This document shows, piece after piece, positions 63,225-64,000 of a stretch of 64,000 nucleotides of DNA. Source of the DNA: Mobula hypostoma (Eukaryota); contig NC_086097.1 of the NCBI RefSeq assembly GCF_963921235.1, positions 181,662,001-181,726,000 of the forward strand, read 5' to 3'. Numbering within the stretch: the stretch's first letter is position 1; every line of letters starts with the position of its first letter. Below the pieces are notes generated by a model. That model saw only the letters and a list, made by a program, of their open reading frames with translations, had not been told where the DNA came from and ran no database searches. The translations under genes and the position numbers were made by a program.

Positions 63225-64000
63225 GAAGGGAACCATGGATAATCCTGAAAACTGGTGAGTCACATGTTAGTAACTGGAGAGAATTCTTTGGGTTGGGATT
63301 TATGAACATTTGGAAAGCTACTGCCTAACTAGGAACAGTCAGCATGGCTTTGTGTGGGGCAAGTCAGGTTGAGTTTTTTGATGAAGTGACGAGGTTGATT
63401 GATGAAAGTAGAGTTGTGTATATTGTCATGTTGTCCGGGTGGATTTTAGTGAGGTGTTTGACAAGGTCCTTCATGGGAGGCTCATCCAGAAGCTTTAGAT
63501 GCATGGGATCCATTGTGAATTTGCCTTTCGGATTCAGAACTGGCTTGCCCGTAGAAGACAGGGTAGTGGTCAAAGGGACTTCTAGCTGGAGGTATGTGAT
63601 TAGTGTTGTTCTGCAGGGATTTGTACAAGGACCTCTGCTATTTGTCATGTATATAAATGACCCGGTAAAAATGTAGATGGGGGGAGGGTTTGTAAGTTTG
63701 TAGATAATATTAAGGTTGATGGTGTTGGTACTGAAGAAAATTGGCAAAGCATACAGTGGGATATAGATCAGTTATAGGTATGGGTAGAGAAATGGCAGAT
63801 GGAAATTAACCTGACCAAAAGAGACAGTACACTATTAAAGACAAGACCCTTAACAGTGTTGATAAGAAGAGAGATCTTGGGGTCCAATTTCATAGTTACT
63901 TGAAAGTGGCTACACAGCTTGATAGGGTGGTGAAGACGACATGTGGCATGCTTACCTTTATGAGTCAAGGCATTGAGTTCAAAAGTCAGAATCTTGCAGC
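63225..64000 (+). mobile_element. CR1 RT fragment running off the window end
   Basis: EFFDEVT...VLQGFVQGPLLFVMYIND remnant. Confidence 0.75.

Noticed and set aside
1..64000. Prokaryotic systems (CRISPR, retron, operons), tRNA or rRNA genes
   Set aside because: The window has a spliceosomal gene and vertebrate TEs; no regularly spaced repeats; all RT domains are non-LTR retrotransposon type; tRNA-like boxes belong to SINEs.

Overview
Eukaryotic, repeat-saturated vertebrate DNA. The repeat mix (CR1 LINEs with esterase ORF1, Rex1/L2-type LINEs, Penelope-like elements, V-SINE-like SINEs) suggests a cartilaginous fish such as a ray; this is inference. One host gene is supported: FASTK on the minus strand. 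It has a probable non-coding first exon in a CpG island at ~52.2-52.9 kb and six phase-consistent GT-AG coding exons between 35541 and 4683 (573 codons); its 3' end was not found and probably lies left of the window. The rest is nested transposable elements: CR1 (two young copies), Penelope-like GIY-YIG elements, a HERO/NeSL-like RLE retrotransposon, Tigger, hAT and Tc1 MITEs, and a Chapaev-like fragment. Three observations stand out. (1) A U_UUA_AAC slippery heptamer sits in exact -1 register at the CR1 ORF1/ORF2 junction, is conserved in a second subfamily, and precedes an ORF2 with no usable AUG, which suggests programmed -1 frameshifting. (2) There are repeated minimal hammerhead-ribozyme motifs and a family of short palindromic, TSD-flanked insertions built from Penelope termini. 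(3) The FASTK 5' UTR has tandem splice donors that could switch between an AUG-UAA start-stop element and a Cys-rich uORF overlapping the main start. All family assignments come from motif recognition; no database searches were run.
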